This document shows positions 34,574 to 47,867 of a stretch of DNA of 64,000 bases, one piece after another; position 1 is the stretch's first letter, and each line of letters begins with the position of its first letter. The position numbers were made by a program, and so were the translations under genes. A model generated the notes under the pieces. It was not told where the DNA came from, ran no database searches, and worked only from the letters and a program-made list of their open reading frames with translations. This DNA comes from Minutocellus sp. GHC0000111 (taxonomy: Eukaryota): assembly GCA_977018835.1 (NCBI GenBank), contig OZ361258.1:1116001-1180000 (forward strand), given 5' to 3'.

Positions 34574-34879
34574 TGCGCTGGCTACGAACTGATGACGAAT
34601 GCCATCGGCAACATGAGACCTTGCATGAGCGTTTTGCAATTCGAATCGAGTGATCGACAATCGACAATGCAGCTCGAGCAAAAAAGGCGGGAATTTTTTT
34701 AGCATTTTTCGGTTGTTGTTTTCCCATTTTTCAGAAACGCTCCCACCGGTTTGGACAGTTCGGTCTCCCTCCACTGCCTGCCTCCCTCGCGGTTGCTGGT
34801 GCATATTGTGCTCTGAATACTGCCGCTGCTGTGGCGGAAGCACAGTATAGCATAGCCGACCGGTCGGTTCGGGAGCACA

Positions 34880-35956
34880 ATGAGCAAACCTACGTCCCGT
34901 AATCGTCATCCGCTCAAGGGGATCATCAACACCAACGACGACCCTCTCCGCTGTGCCTCTTGCTCCGTGGTATTTCCTGATGGGCCGTACGGTATTTACG
35001 CTGTCATCTGTGATTCCTGCGGTAAAAAAAGCTGCAAAGAATGCGACAAGGCTGGTTGTGTCTACGAAAGTAAGGCCGATAGGTGCCTGCTGTGCAATGC
35101 ATCTGGCATTAGAGGCATTGGAGTGGCCAAAATGAGGGCCAAGAAAGGCCATGCGTGGGCTCAGCAAATGCTTGCTCACAGATTTAGTAAAGGCGAGAAA
35201 GTGCCAGAGTCCTATTATGAAGCAGTGCGATGGTACCGAAAGGCCGCGGCCGGGGGCTGTCCTATGTCGTGTTACTGCTTGAGCATTCATTACCACGAAG
35301 GAGCCGGTTGTAAGCGTGATGACTCGGAGGCCTTGAAATATTTGAAGCTGGCGATGGAGCTTGATTCGAGGTTGACGATTGTGGCATGCGATGGAATGGG
35401 CGCCATTGCATCCGATGACATTTCTGACGACCAACTTGGAGTGATCATCTCATCATTGCAACCACTAGCTCAAGAAGGATTTGCCGCAGCGCAGCACAAT
35501 CTTGGCCGAGCGTACTGGTCAACAGGACAATATGAACTTGGGCTAAAATGGGCGACTGCAGCCGCGCTAGAGGGCATTACACTTTCTGCCTTTGTTGCCA
35601 TGGATTGTTGCAGATTCATGAAACCTATCCCTCTTTGTCCCCAAGCGAGGTTTTGGTTGGCCATTGCAAGGAAGAGAGGAGAAGACAGTCGTCCGGGAAG
35701 AGCAATAGATATGGAGAAAGTTACTTCGGTGCTTCGTGAAATGAGGAAGATTTGCCAAACCTGCGGCATCCAGCTGAACTCGTGTACTCGAAAGCTCTGC
35801 AAGGGCTGCAAGACGTACTGCTACTGCAGCGTTGATTGCCAGAAGGTCCATTGGGATTGGCCAGAGGATGGTCACCGGGCTGAGTGCAAGGAAGTTATGG
35901 AGCTGAAAAAGAAACTCATTGAAACGCAATCACGAAAGAAGCGGGAGAAGTTCTAA
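34880..35956 (+). CDS. Sel1-like repeat protein with a C-terminal MYND zinc finger
   Basis: [32 protein letters not shown] Sel1 repeats; CQTC...[19 protein letters not shown]....H...C MYND. Confidence 0.85.
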   Translation: MSKPTSRNRHPLKGIINTNDDPLRCASCSVVFPDGPYGIYAVICDSCGKKSCKECDKAGCVYESKADRCLLCNASGIRGIGVAKMRAKKGHAWAQQMLAHRFSKGEKVPESYYEAVRWYRKAAAGGCPMSCYCLSIHYHEGAGCKRDDSEALKYLKLAMELDSRLTIVACDGMGAIASDDISDDQLGVIISSLQPLAQEGFAAAQHNLGRAYWSTGQYELGLKWATAAALEGITLSAFVAMDCCRFMKPIPLCPQARFWLAIARKRGEDSRPGRAIDMEKVTSVLREMRKICQTCGIQLNSCTRKLCKGCKTYCYCSVDCQKVHWDWPEDGHRAECKEVMELKKKLIETQSRKKREKF

Positions 35957-36184
35957 TACTCTCCAACGTCGGGGTAGATTGTGCACTCGAGTACAGTTGC
36001 ATAAACTAAATTCTATATGTATATATTCTTCTATTTGCAATGTATCGTCGTATCGTATCGTTGTATCATGTATCATCCCAGCTCAATCAAAATAAAAAAG
36101 TGTTCTCTCGAGGTAACGGCAGCAAGTGGTGGAAGTAGGGGCAAAGAAGTCGGTCCTGGTACCAGCTACCTACCTAGCTAGGAC

Positions 36185-38203
36185 CTAGGGGGAGTAACCA
36201 GTGTCGTCGCGTTCATCCAACAAGTTGTCGACGATGGCTCGTATATCCTTGTTCTTTTGGATTATTTCATCCAGCGAATAAGATTCGGAATCCGACCTCG
36301 TACGGCGAGAACGAGAACGAGAGCGAGAGGCAAAGCGGGGGGTGCGAGAGCGGTCGCCACCGGGGACGGGGCTGGTACTGGCGGGTCTACCTCCGCCACC
36401 AGCGCCAGACGAGGCGTAGTCATCCTGAATTAATGTGTGGGAGTTTGATGAGAGGATATCGATGTGGGAGGAAAGGGTGAGATCGAGGCAAACGGTAGTT
36501 GGACAAAGTAGTTAGTTGAGAGAGAGCCGCAGCAGTAAAGAGAAAGCACCTACCATAGTTCCGCCGCCGCTGGCTGTACCTCTGCCGCCAGCACTGGTAC
36601 TGGGGCCACGGGCATCGTCAGGAGATGGGGAAGGGGAAGGCTTCCTGTCCGAGAACGAGGAAGTAGATGAGGACGAGGACGAGGACGGACTGGAGTCATC
36701 GCCACCATCGACATTGTATCCGGCAGCACGCAATGCTTGGCCCCAATTGGCCCCGGCGGTTTCCAGCCACTTAATGCCTTCGTCCATCTCGTCTTTGTCG
36801 GCTTGAGACAGCCCCTTGCGTCGGATAGGCTGGACAAAGAGATTGGAGTCAGAGAGATCGTCACCGGCAGTACCTCTGCCGCCAGCAGTGGTACTGGAAC
36901 CACGGGCAGTGCCAGGGGAAGGCTTCTTGTCCGAGAACGAGGAATCAGACGAGGAAGAGGACGGGCGAAAACCATCGGCGGCAGTACCGGTGGTGGGGGT
37001 GGTAGGAGGCTTGCGTTTGGCGGCAGCTTCGGCAGCAGCGTCGGCGGCGGCGACCTTGCTAGCAGCATCAAGGGCTTCGCGACCACCCGGCGAGGTCGCT
37101 GCGAACTGCATCAGGGTGGCAATTTCTCGGCCATGATCATCGAGCCGGGATCCATGCTGCAACGCACCCTCCTGGAGGCTACCGATCTGGACATTTTGCG
37201 TACGCCGATCCTCCTCGAGGTTGCGGACTTTGCCACCGAGCGTCTTGTGTCGGACCTGAAGGGTATAGATATCACCGCCTTGCTTCTTCAATCGCCTATC
37301 CGTCTTACCCTGATGGACCTGGATGTCAGAAATCTGCCCCCCTTGCTTCTTCACTACTCCCTCCAGCCCCTCCACCCGTCCCATCACGGCGTTGAAGGCC
37401 TGCTGCGACTGCTTCCGGTCCTTCTCGTAATCGGCATCACGCTTGGCTAGAGCAGCATCGAAATTGGCGTCACGCTTGGCCTGGCCTTCACCAAATCTTT
37501 CCATCATGACATTGACCGCACCAAAGGCAGTGTTGACTTGGTCGTGGGTGACCAAACCAGCGACAGGTTGTCCTGGAAGCATACCACCGGCGAAAGGAGC
37601 AGCAGCAGCGTTTGCAGCGGGACTGGGCGGGACTGAGTGAACGACCTGACCGGCGGCGAAGCCTGGCTGCTGCCCGGGGACAGGCCCTTGGCCGGGGACG
37701 AGGCCTTGGCCAGGACCGCCAACAGCAGCAACGGCATCGTCGAAGCCATTGAGAGCACCGACCGCCTCACCACCTTGAGCAGGGATATCAAGGAGAGGAA
37801 GGAGACTCGGAGGCAGGTCTGAGACATTTTGGAGGCCGAGACGAATGGCAGCGTTGAGGGCTTTCTTGGCCTTCTCCCAGCTCTTGGGATTATTCCTCTG
37901 CCTTGCGTAGGCCACTATTGCTGCCCTGTTGCGAGACAGATGAGGATACTGGCCCGGGGGGAAATCCGACAGCGTGAGTCCAGACGGATTAGGGGTGAGA
38001 GAAGCTGCGAGAACTGCCATGCACCATTGACGGCCTTCGGGGGTACCGAAAGTCAAGTAGTTGGTGCGTGGGCTAGGACTTGGTGCCGATGGCGCGACTG
38101 TATCCGTCGAAGTGGCGATAGCGAGGGCATTAGAAGCCGTCCCAGCCTTGGCAGCGGAGCGGGTCATGCGCCTGGTGGTATTGCTATTGTTGGGGGTCTT
38201 CAT
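36185..38203 (-). CDS. Hypothetical protein with a long heptad coiled coil and a Ser/Gly-rich duplicated tail
   Basis: 563-aa ORF. A GT-AG intron at 36425-36553 would add a last exon ending TAG at 36185. Heptad pattern VEGLE..V..Q...I..I.. Confidence 0.6.
36577..36965. repeat. Internal ~100-bp diverged duplication inside the CDS
   Basis: TACCTCTGCCGCCAGCA(C/G)TGGTACTGG..CCACGGGCA at 36577 and 36871; GGGGAAGGCTTC(C/T)TGTCCGAGAACGAGGA at about 36633 and 36915. Confidence 0.8.
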
Positions 38204-38520
38204 TGTCGTTTGTTGTTGTTTGGCTCGTGAGAGTGATTTGTGTGAGCTTCGTTTGGGGATGAAAAATCGGGCACGTCTGAACCGCCGCCGGCGGCGAGCG
38301 TCGAGACGATCACGCGGTCGACCACGACGACGATCATGGACTCCGGAGGCATTGCCAATTGATCCTAAAGTACCAGACTCTTGGGATTTTGTAATAAGTG
38401 CTGTATCAATCGATCGGAAGCTTGCGATGAGTGATGTTCCGTCGGCGAACTCTTATGCACTCAGACTATCACGAGATCACGCCAACGCACGCCATTGCAC
38501 GTGAATGCACGCTCATTGTC

Positions 38521-38791
38521 AATTGCCAAAGTCTATCCATACTCGGCCGATTCCAACAAATGAGGTACCATTCGAAAGCTCTCGACGAGTACTGTTCCAT
38601 CGGCTCATTGGCAGGTATCATCGTGCCCATTCTGGCTCAAAATGATCTCATGTCACAGCAATGTCCATGTTGAGATCACTACAGTGCACGCCGATGCACG
38701 ATAGTGCACGATTATACCAAATTGCCGAACTACGTCCATACTCAAACAATTCCAGCAAATGTGGTACCGCTGGAAAGCTCTCATCAAGTAC
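38521..38791. repeat. Two diverged 72-bp direct repeats, 199 bp apart
   Basis: AATTGCC...TCCATACTC...ATTCCA.CAAATG.GGTACC..T.GAAAGCTCTC..C.AGTAC at 38521-38592 and 38720-38791. Confidence 0.75.
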
Positions 38792-39320
38792 GAAACGATC
38801 GACCCGTCGGCGGGTACTGGATCGTGTTGCTGGGTGATGATTTGGCTTCCGGAACCATGGGCCTTTCGACGAGTTGCCGCAGCTTCCCAAAGAATGGAAA
38901 TGAAGCATAACGACGCCTTTCCATGCCCCAAACCTATCAAAAGATGCCTTGTTTGATATTTGTTACTCGTCATGCCAATTTAATTGGTGAGTTTGGCCGA
39001 GAACGCGAGAAGATGTGCTGTTGGGGGGTCGAAAAGATACGCAACGCACGCGCTCGGCGTGACCAGAAAAATTAAATTAATTTCACGCACGGGCGCCAAG
39101 ATATAGAGCCACTGCTACTATGCACACTGTGGGATGGAGAGCAGAGTTGCACCAGCATAGCAACATAACAGTCACCGCTTTGCAATCCTGACCCTCAAAT
39201 GCAAACCGGGGCTGTGCCGTCGTCGGTCGTCTGCAATCATCATCGTTACGCAGCAGAAACTCAGAGACGGATCGACGGACAGAGCTTCGTTCTTTCATGC
39301 CCATTTTTTCCCGCTCAACC

Positions 39321-42300
39321 ATGAGCGGCCAACCCAGCGCTCCCAGCGGCGGCGGCCGAGGAGGCGGAGGTGGCGGTAGGGGCAGAGGGGGCAGCAGTAG
39401 TCGTCGCGGCGGTGGCCGTGGCCGTGGAGGCGGCAGTCGACGCGGCGGCGGCGGCAAGCCCAAGGCCGAGCAGCAGCAGCAGCAGCAGTCATCGTCGGCT
39501 TCTGCCGGTCCGCCCGCGCCTCAAGCTGCCGCTGCCCCCTCGGGTGCCTCTGGCAATCCTCCCCCCGCCGCTGTCAAGCCCAACAAGAAGAGGCGCCCAA
39601 AGCCCAGCAAGCGCGATAAGGGTGCCAAGGGCGAGGGCAAGAAAAATGCCAGCAAGAAGCAACAGCAGCAGCAGCTAAGCCCCGAACAGCTCGAGGCCCA
39701 GCGCCAGGCCGAGGCCGAGGCAGCCGCCGCGGCCCAAAAGGCAGCCGCCGAGGCGGCCGAGGTGGAACGTCTGCGCAAGGTTGCCGAGGCGAGGAAGGCC
39801 AAGATCGAGGCCCTTCAGGCTGCCCTCCAGACGCGAGAGGGTGGGATCAAGGAACACGTTGCGACGCTCACGGCCTTTGCGACGACGGTGGAAGGTCACC
39901 GAGCCAGTCGGTCCAGGTTGCATCCTGAGACGTCGTTGCCGGCCATCCGAAAAGACTTTGTCGCCAAGAAGAAGGCATTGAAGAGCGATCTGAAGAAGTG
40001 CACCGCGTTCGTTAAGAAGGTACGAGGGTTTCGATTGAAAGAATAGTATTGTGTATGTATGTATCTTTTTAGTTTATGAGGCATTTACATGTGCTTCACA
40101 TTACTTTGTCGTCGTTGTTGCAATATGCATGTGATATCTCTCCGCAACGTCAATACTCACTTGCCCTGCAATCCAAACTCCCCCCCAACAACCCCCAAAA
40201 CAAAAAAAGGTCCGATCCACGGTGGTGTGGGACGATCCGTCCTCCCCCACCTGCACCAACCCGACGTCGACGCCCGTCGCCACCATGTGCAAGGACGTGA
40301 CGACGCTCAACTTGTCGCGATATGTCGATGAGATCGTCACGGCGATATTGGAAGTGCTGGCCACGCCCAAGACCAAGTTGGTGGACGTGCCGGGCATTGC
40401 GTTGGTATGCGCCGCCATGCACGAGAGATATCCCGACTTTTGTCCCGCCCTGGTCTCTGGGTTGGTAACGACCATTCGTTCGAGTGGTGGCGATGGTGGT
40501 GGTGGTAGTAAGAAGGGTGCCGAGGGTGCCGCAGGTTCTCCCAAGCATCGTCGAGTGTGCATGCGGCTGCTTACCGAATTTGTATTGCTGGGCATGGTGC
40601 AGGGACAGGACGTCAAGCCCATGGTCAAGTCCATCTCGGAGGCGGCCGGTGCTCCACCGTCGTCGGAGGTGTCGGCGGCCGTCGAGGATGCCACCGACGA
40701 TAGTGGTGAGGGAATCGTCGATCAGGAGGTCTTGCAGACCAAGCTATACCCCAAGTACAACGTTCAGGATGCCAACATGGTGGTTGGGTTCGCCAAGGCG
40801 GCGGCTTTGGAGGTATCGGGATACGTTCCCAAGACCGTGCGCGAGTCGATGGATGCGTTGCAAAAGGAGATCGATGATAGCAAGGCGGCCGAAAGCAGAC
40901 TCCATGCGAAGAAACAGGAGCAGAGCGTTTCTGTGGCCGCTAATGATCAGGGCGAGCGCACGGCCGATGCTGCCGCTTCTGACGGTGCGACGAACCAGAC
41001 CGATGAGGCTGTCGACGAAGATGCGTATTCCGTGGTATCTGCGTCCCTCCTCCAAAAGGCGGTCGATGCTATGGATTCTGCGAAGGCCCTGTCCACAGCT
41101 TTCGCGAACTTGGACAGCAATTCCATTGCTGTTCCACCCCACCCTTCCAGGTTGATTCGAACGCACCTGAGAGCAACGCACCATCAGCTATCGACGACTC
41201 TTGTGTCGACCCACGCCCGTCTGCTCAAACTCGAGAAGCGATGCGAGGCCGACCGACTGCTTCAGGGACAGCTCTCCGAGGCCCGGGAGAAGGGTTTGGC
41301 AGATGCGCAGAAGCTGGTCGAGAATTTGACCAAGTGGGTAGACGGACTCGCTGAATCGTTGGATCTTGCCGTTCCTACTCTTGCCAAGGAGGAAGAAGAC
41401 GAAGATCCCGACGCTGGCACTCGAGGTATTGAGCTTCTTGGAAAGGATACAGAAGAAGGGGGTGACCTCGGCCCGTATGATGACCCGGAGACCAAGTCCT
41501 TCTACACGGACATTCCAGATCTCCTCACTACCCTCCCTGCCACTCTCCTTGGTATGTCGCCGGAAGAAGTGGGGCGTAAGAAAGTGGAGAATGAGCGAAA
41601 GTATGGAGGAAATGGGGAGGCCGATGATGCCGAAGCGGATGCTGCAGCCCCAGATGTTGATGAAAGTGCTGCAGACGCATTTGAGGAAGCCGATGATAGT
41701 GGCGCCAAGGAGGATGGCGAAGGCAACCAGGGTGGTGATGACGAGGAGAATAAGGATACGCCGCACTACAAGCTGCAAGTGTTGCTGGAAGAGGAACTGC
41801 CCGAGTGTCACAATCGTACTCAGATCGATGCAATCGCAGAAAAGTTCTGTAGCAATCATGCAACGAGCAAGACGGCCAGGAAACGTCTATCTCGCACCCT
41901 TTTCCTCGTCCCTCGGGTTCGTCTTGACCTACTGCCGTATTACTCCCGCCTTGCTGCCATAATGGATCGCGTCTTTTCCGACGTCTCCGCGCCACTGGTG
42001 AAAGAGCTCGAGGCACAATTCCACGGACAAGCGCGCTGGAAGAAGCAACAACACCTCGAGAGTCGTCTCAAAACTGCTCGATTCCTCGGCGAGCTCACCA
42101 AGTTTCAAGTCGCACCCCCAATCGTTGTTATGAGGGCTCTTCGCCGCTGTTTGGATGACTTCTCTGGCTACAACATCGACGTCGCCTGTGCTCTGCTGGA
42201 ATCCTGTGGCCGGTATCTCTACAAGTCTCCTCACACGAGGTCGAGGATGTCGTCACTCCTCGACACCATGATGAGGATCAAGAAGGCCAAGAATCTCGAC

Positions 42301-44451
42301 GAAAGGGCAATCTCCATCATCAACTCGGCAATGTATCTTGTCAATCCACCCCAAACGACGGCTCGCAAGGATATCAAGGTCCTTCCGCCTATGGAAGCTT
42401 ATCTCAAGGAGCTGTTCATGGTTCGCCTCGGCCCGGAGGCCGATTCCGTCAAATTGGTGTCGAAGCAGGTTCAGCGTTTGCCTTGGTCTGATCCAACACA
42501 GGAGTGTGGATATCTGGTTGTCAAGTACATGCTCAAGGCGTGCCGGAAGGGCAGGTACAAGGCCATTGGAGCTGTTACCGCCGTGGCAGCAAATCTCAAA
42601 CGCGCCAAGCCGGAGGTACCAAGTAGACTAGCAGATACTGTTCTCGAAGAGCTTCAGTGGGCCTTGGACCATCCTAGCCTTCGAGACCAGCAGCGCACCA
42701 TCGTCTACGCTCGCATCCTGGGCGAGATGCTCCACTCGGGCCTTGTTCCAACATCCTTGGTGTTTGATGAGCTCTGCAAATTCATCAACCTTGGTCATGA
42801 GATCCCTCCCGCTCTTCGTGAAAGCAGCGAGAAGCATGTTGCCGAGGCTGAAAGGGGTGCGGCAGGCTCTTCTGCCTCGTCAGCTACAATGCCGAAATTC
42901 ATGGCGGCTGGCGGTGACATTTCTCAGGCCATTGCCGAAGATGAAGAAATGGAAGTGAGCGAAGATGAAGATGGCAACGGCGCTGGTGGCGACGAACAAC
43001 CTGGTGAGGAGCCAACAAGACCCACCGTCGTTGCAGTTTCCAAGTATTCGACGCACGATCCTCGTGTTCCTACGCCTCTCGACCCCCCAAATTCCCCCTT
43101 CCGGATCTCGTTGGCGTGCACTGTTCTCGAGACTGCATCTTCCGTCCTCGTGACAACTACCAACAAGGCCAAGCTCGGAGCGTTCCTCGCTGCTTTCCAA
43201 AGATACCTCTTCACCAAGGATACGCTTCCGACGGAAGTTGAATTCAATCTCCTTGATGCTTTTGATGTTTTGGATTCTCGTTGGAAGGAGAAGTCCAGTA
43301 GCAGCCGCCGACGAAGCAAGTCCGAGGGCGCTGGGGGTTTTACCCGTTATCCTACTTGGCTTGAGGCGCACAATGCCACCGTTGCCATCGAGGAAGCCCA
43401 AGCTCTGTCGAAAGAACGCATGGAGGCCCGTCTTCTCGCCCAAGCTGGAGTGGTTCCTGCCAGCGATGCCAGTCAAGCCGGAACTGCGGAGCTGGATGAA
43501 TTGGATGACGATATGGCGATCGTATCTGACGATGAGGGCGATGAGGCCTCTGACGATGACGATAGATCGCTCAACAGTGCCGACGAAATGTCCTTGGACT
43601 CTGAAGGATCTGGGGACAGTGATACGGAAGATGGCGATGACGATGATGAGTCAAGATCGGATGAAGACGAAGACGATGACGATGAGTCAATGGAGGAAGA
43701 TGTTGAAGACGAGATCGACGAAGAGGCTGAGGCTGCAGCGGCAGAGGAAGCTCACATGCGACAGATGGAGGATGATGCCTTCGAGAGAGAGCTCCGCCGA
43801 CTGACGATGGACGCCCTCGAAAAGGGCAAGGTGACATCGCGAGGCGCTGGGGGCAAAGTGTCGGACAACATGCCCGTCGCATCTCAACTCGTCATCAAGA
43901 AGGCTGCCACATCGACTTCGGTCACGACCCCCGATGGCTCTACTACCGCTACCAACCCCGCCCCGGTGGCGCTGGCTGGTCCGCAGGCAATGTCCTTTCA
44001 GCTCCTCAAGAAGGGTCACAAGGGCAAAGCCGAGACCAAGGAGCTCTCCATCCCCACGGATACTAACCTTGCACGCGCAGCCAACAAGCAGGACGACGAG
44101 GCGGCCCGAGAGCGCGACAAGCTCAAGGAGCAGGTTCTTCGCTATGCCGCCGAGAGCGCCGAGCAAGACGCTGCAGGAGGCAATGTCTACATGGAGCAAA
44201 CCAAGCTGCAGAAGATCCGAAACCGTCCTTTGACCAACGAAGCGATCGATAATGCTTTTGGCTCGTCAAACAGACGGCGCCAACAGGGCCAAGATCAAGG
44301 CGCAGGTCGCGGTGGAGGCAGCAGTGGCCGTGTCCCATTCTATTCGGGACGAGGTCGTGGAGGTGGAAGAGGTCCAACAGGACGGGGAGCAGGCCGGCTC
44401 TTCAATCCGGGAAGTTACGGACGCAGTACGAGAGACGATGATGATTTTTGA
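39321..44451 (+). CDS. UPF2: Regulator of nonsense transcripts 2 (UPF2; MIF4G domains)
   Basis: LKSDLKKCTAFVKK, LNLSRYVDEIV, YDDPETKSFYTDIPDL, RLDLLPYYSRLAA, RFLGELTKF, NIDVACALLESCGRYL, acidic tract, UPF1-binding C-terminal region. Intron 40020-40209. Confidence 0.95.
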
Positions 44452-44900
44452 AGAAACTTCGACATTTTCTCATGAGAGGATTATTTTGCACGAGAGATCG
44501 CTCCACCCATTGGCGTCCGAGAGGAGAACCGCGGGACTGCCGAGCTTTATCTCCTCCCTTCCAATAGCCTTTGATATCGGCGACGACGGCAAGAACCTGG
44601 GCCTACGTAGCTAGAGTCTAGCTCTTGGTCGCTACAGGTCTGGGCGGAAGTTTGTTCAGAGGAATCTTCGATAAGTGCAGACAAATCGCCATAATGCCGA
44701 TCTTCGCGCCACAATTTTTTGCTCATGATACGCTTCAGGGCGATTGTTAGATCTTGCAATGACTACTCATCGCATTCGCTTCTCTTCCTTTGACGATTCT
44801 AGGTTTACAGAGCGGAAGCCCAAAGCAGCCTCCTGAGAACTGCTGCAAAGCTAGACAATAGCTACGAGTCCAGTCATAAGGTTAGCTAATGGGATATATA

Positions 44901-45650
44901 TGTTAGTCCCAAAATGCGCACTGTCCCAGTTCGCGAACTGGGATCCCAGTTTGCGAACTGAGATTCATTTTTCCCAGTTTGCGCACTGGGCCCCAGTTCC
45001 CAAACTAGGATCTCAGTTTGCGCACTGATACTACCAGAATGGAAACTGAGATAAACACGCCAATCCGAATTTGGGAACCAGACGAGTTCGCGAACTGGAA
45101 CAAAAATGAATACCAGTTTGGAAACTGGCATTCTCGGCAAGTGTCAGAATGGTAACTGCCGGTGTTGGCTCATGCACAATGATTATGTACTGGTAGATCT
45201 ATCTACAATACAAGTTGCACTGTGCATCATATCTTGAATTTGCAAGCTACATGTACTGGTACAGTAGCAACATGATGCCGGCATAGCACAGATGCATGTA
45301 CAGTTCATGACTTATATTTGCCAGAAGCAGCTAGCTAGATATTATTATTTATTCACTATATGTATTTAGTATCAGCTAATGCCAATTTATTGAGTATCAG
45401 CTCCGGCACTAATGTCGTCTGGACGTCTGGACCAGGTTTGGGCTGTGTTGCTTCACTATGAAAAAATGAAGCGAGGAGAAGCAAAGGCGATATCATCCAT
45501 GCTAAATTTTCATTATTTCTCGATTGATCCCAGTTTGCAAACTGAGATTGTGCCTATGATCCCAGTTTCCAAACTGGGATAAATAAATCCTAGTTCGCAA
45601 ACTGGGATCCCAGTTCGCGAACTGGGACAGTGCGCATTTTGGGACTAACA
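44901..45650. mobile_element. MITE (750 bp) with 59-bp perfect TIRs, inserted in a (TA)n tract
   Basis: TGTTAGTCCCAAAATGCGCACTGTCCCAGTTCGCGAACTGGGATCCCAGTTTGCGAACT at 44901 and its reverse complement ending at 45650; many subterminal CAGTT....AACTG palindromes; TATATA on the left, long (TA)n on the right. Confidence 0.9.
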
Positions 45651-45657
45651 TATATAT

Positions 45658-45691
<34 letters not shown>

Positions 45692-45703
45692 ATATATATA
45701 TAT
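45651..45703. repeat. (TA)n microsatellite
   Basis: Nearly perfect TA run immediately right of the MITE. Confidence 0.95.
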
Positions 45704-45797
45704 CTACCCACATCAACAGAAGGAGAATTCATTTAGATCTAGTTTAATCACATGATTTTATGCAAAAAGCACTGTGCCTTGGTACACCCCAATTGTA

Positions 45798-47756
45798 TTA
45801 TTCTCTGCCATCAAAGTAAGTGGTGACGTTGCCAAAACGCTCCACTATTTGTGCATTGCGTTCCCTGATGCATGACGGATTTTGCTTCTTTTCACAGCAG
45901 AGGTAGTATCGTGGATCTCCCAGCTCCTGCAGCAGCTGTCCTCGAGTGTTGGAGGGTGCTGCACCACAGCCCGCCCTGATAAAATGCAAAGCGAGATTAT
46001 GAAAATGCGAACAGCCATTGCCGAGAATTGCGGTGCTATGAAGTTGAAAATATACTGTAGACATTGCTGAGTAGATGACATCGTACAGATCGTGCCCAAG
46101 GGCCTTCTGGGCTCTGGCATATTTCCCGGTCTCTGGAATTGCGCCAATGCTAGTATTCAACGAGACGAAGGTCACATCAAATGGCAATAACTTGTCCCTG
46201 CCATCTTGCTTCGAAGACAGCGGTTGTTTCGGATGATAAGAATACACATAGCTGTGGGCGTTGATTGTTTGCTTGAGGAAAGGAGTCGCTATTCTTCTTC
46301 CATTGTAAGGATAGTGCATCCATGTATTGGCCAAACGGCAGGCATTCCGATTCCCTGTTGCATTTGTCAGAACCGCGAATCATCATCCCTAGATTCGGCT
46401 CTGCATTAGCATCCCTCCCCCCGAAACTTTGACGAAGGCTTTCCTGTACCCGAAGCCTGATTTCATCCCCAATTTTGGGCCGAGGTCGAAGCAGATATAA
46501 CAAGAGCGCCGTTCTCACCGGCGAATTGGCAAGGAACTGATCTCCTAACCCCCCACCACCGTCAATGTCATCCAATATTGTTTCTGCTGCTTCTATCAGC
46601 ATCCTTCGCCATTTATGTGAAGGGCCGAGCTCATCGATCAGTTCCAAGGCTGTATTATACAGTGCTTGGACTGTGCTGTTCTGACTGGCCACGCATCTGC
46701 CGTGGTAAATGACCACACTAAAATGCGCTCATCGGCCTTGACATCCGGCCACTCCATTTTTCGTACCCATCGCCCCACCTCGACCCCGGTGGTATTGATG
46801 TCAGAAATGGACAATGCACATGGCGTTATTGGACGAAAGAAGCACTGACTGTCTCGTCGGGTGATGTTGTTTTCGTCGCACGTCAAAATCCAAGGCGGCG
46901 AGAAAACTCCGCTGCTGGATAGATGGCCCAAATCGTTGGCAAACACAACCGTTCGATTCATTGCTAGACCAACCAGCATGGCGTTCATGGTGTTGACGTT
47001 GTAAATCGATCCGAGTCCACCAATGCCAGCCTGCGGGACCACCAAGAACCGTCCGCCGGCACATTCATAGTCGGCCGATCCAACTTTGTGGGCGAGCAAG
47101 TCATCGGTGCATTTCGCGCTGTGCCGTCGCATGGCTGCCTCGCCTCGAGCATGTCGAGTTTGATGCCGGTAGATTGCGGCGTACAACAGGCGCATCTTCC
47201 ATACTTTTACTTCATCCTCATCATTTTTATTGCCTTCTGGTAGATTGCGAAACACTCCCTCTGGATGACAAATTCTTTGCTCGTCGATGATGCTTTGCAA
47301 AGTGTGTTCATCGAGTAATGGTGGAGCACCACCAATCCCTGAGCCAATTGCTCCCATCGCAATTGCGGCGGTGCCTTGCTCGTATCGTTCCTCAACGTTG
47401 GACAGACGAGGTCCCTCCAACCATTGCCTGGTGTTGTTGAGCCGACAAGATGACGATGACGATGACGAATGCTGGGCCGGTAAAACGGCCGACAGCAAAT
47501 CCGATCGGTGGTAGGTGCTGGGAAGGGACGGTAAATTCAAGACATCCTGCAGAAATGCTTTGGTAGACAAGAGCGACGATGATTCGAATTCGTGATGCTG
47601 GTGAGCCACCTGCCGATTTCCCCGGAGCGCATAGACCGCCGATAGGATGGCCAAAAGGCCGAGGCGAACTCCAAGCTGCTCGGACGTGGCGCCGCCGGCG
47701 GTATTGGAATTGGTGTTGGTACCGACGGTGGGATGCCGTCGCCGCGGCGGTTCCAT
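45798..47756 (-). pseudogene. Alpha-1,6-fucosyltransferase (GT23/FUT8/NodZ)-like type II membrane glycosyltransferase with two apparent frameshifts
   Basis: N-terminal TM (LGLLAILSAVYAL); GGLGS motif; QCFFRPITPC; GMMIRGSDKC.RESECLPF..YM; VFLSSE; LGNGCSHFH. Split over three overlapping frames with shifts near 46685 and 46207 and no intron evident. Confidence 0.65.
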
Positions 47757-47867
47757 TTGCTATTGCTGATTCGCCAACCTCTCTCGATGCACTATGCACT
47801 CTGCCATCTCGAGCCCAGATTGAGCCCAAGCCACCGCCCAGCCAGCACCGCCCACCCCACCGCTACA

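Noticed and set aside
34574..35434. Long N-terminal extension of the 33731..35434 ORF
   Set aside because: It is antisense to the Sel1/MYND gene, and a good signal peptide starts at ATG 34573.
44901..45130. CRISPR-like array of palindromic repeats
   Set aside because: Spacers are only a few bp, the units are degenerate and bounded by TIRs, and there are no cas genes; this is MITE subterminal structure in a eukaryote.
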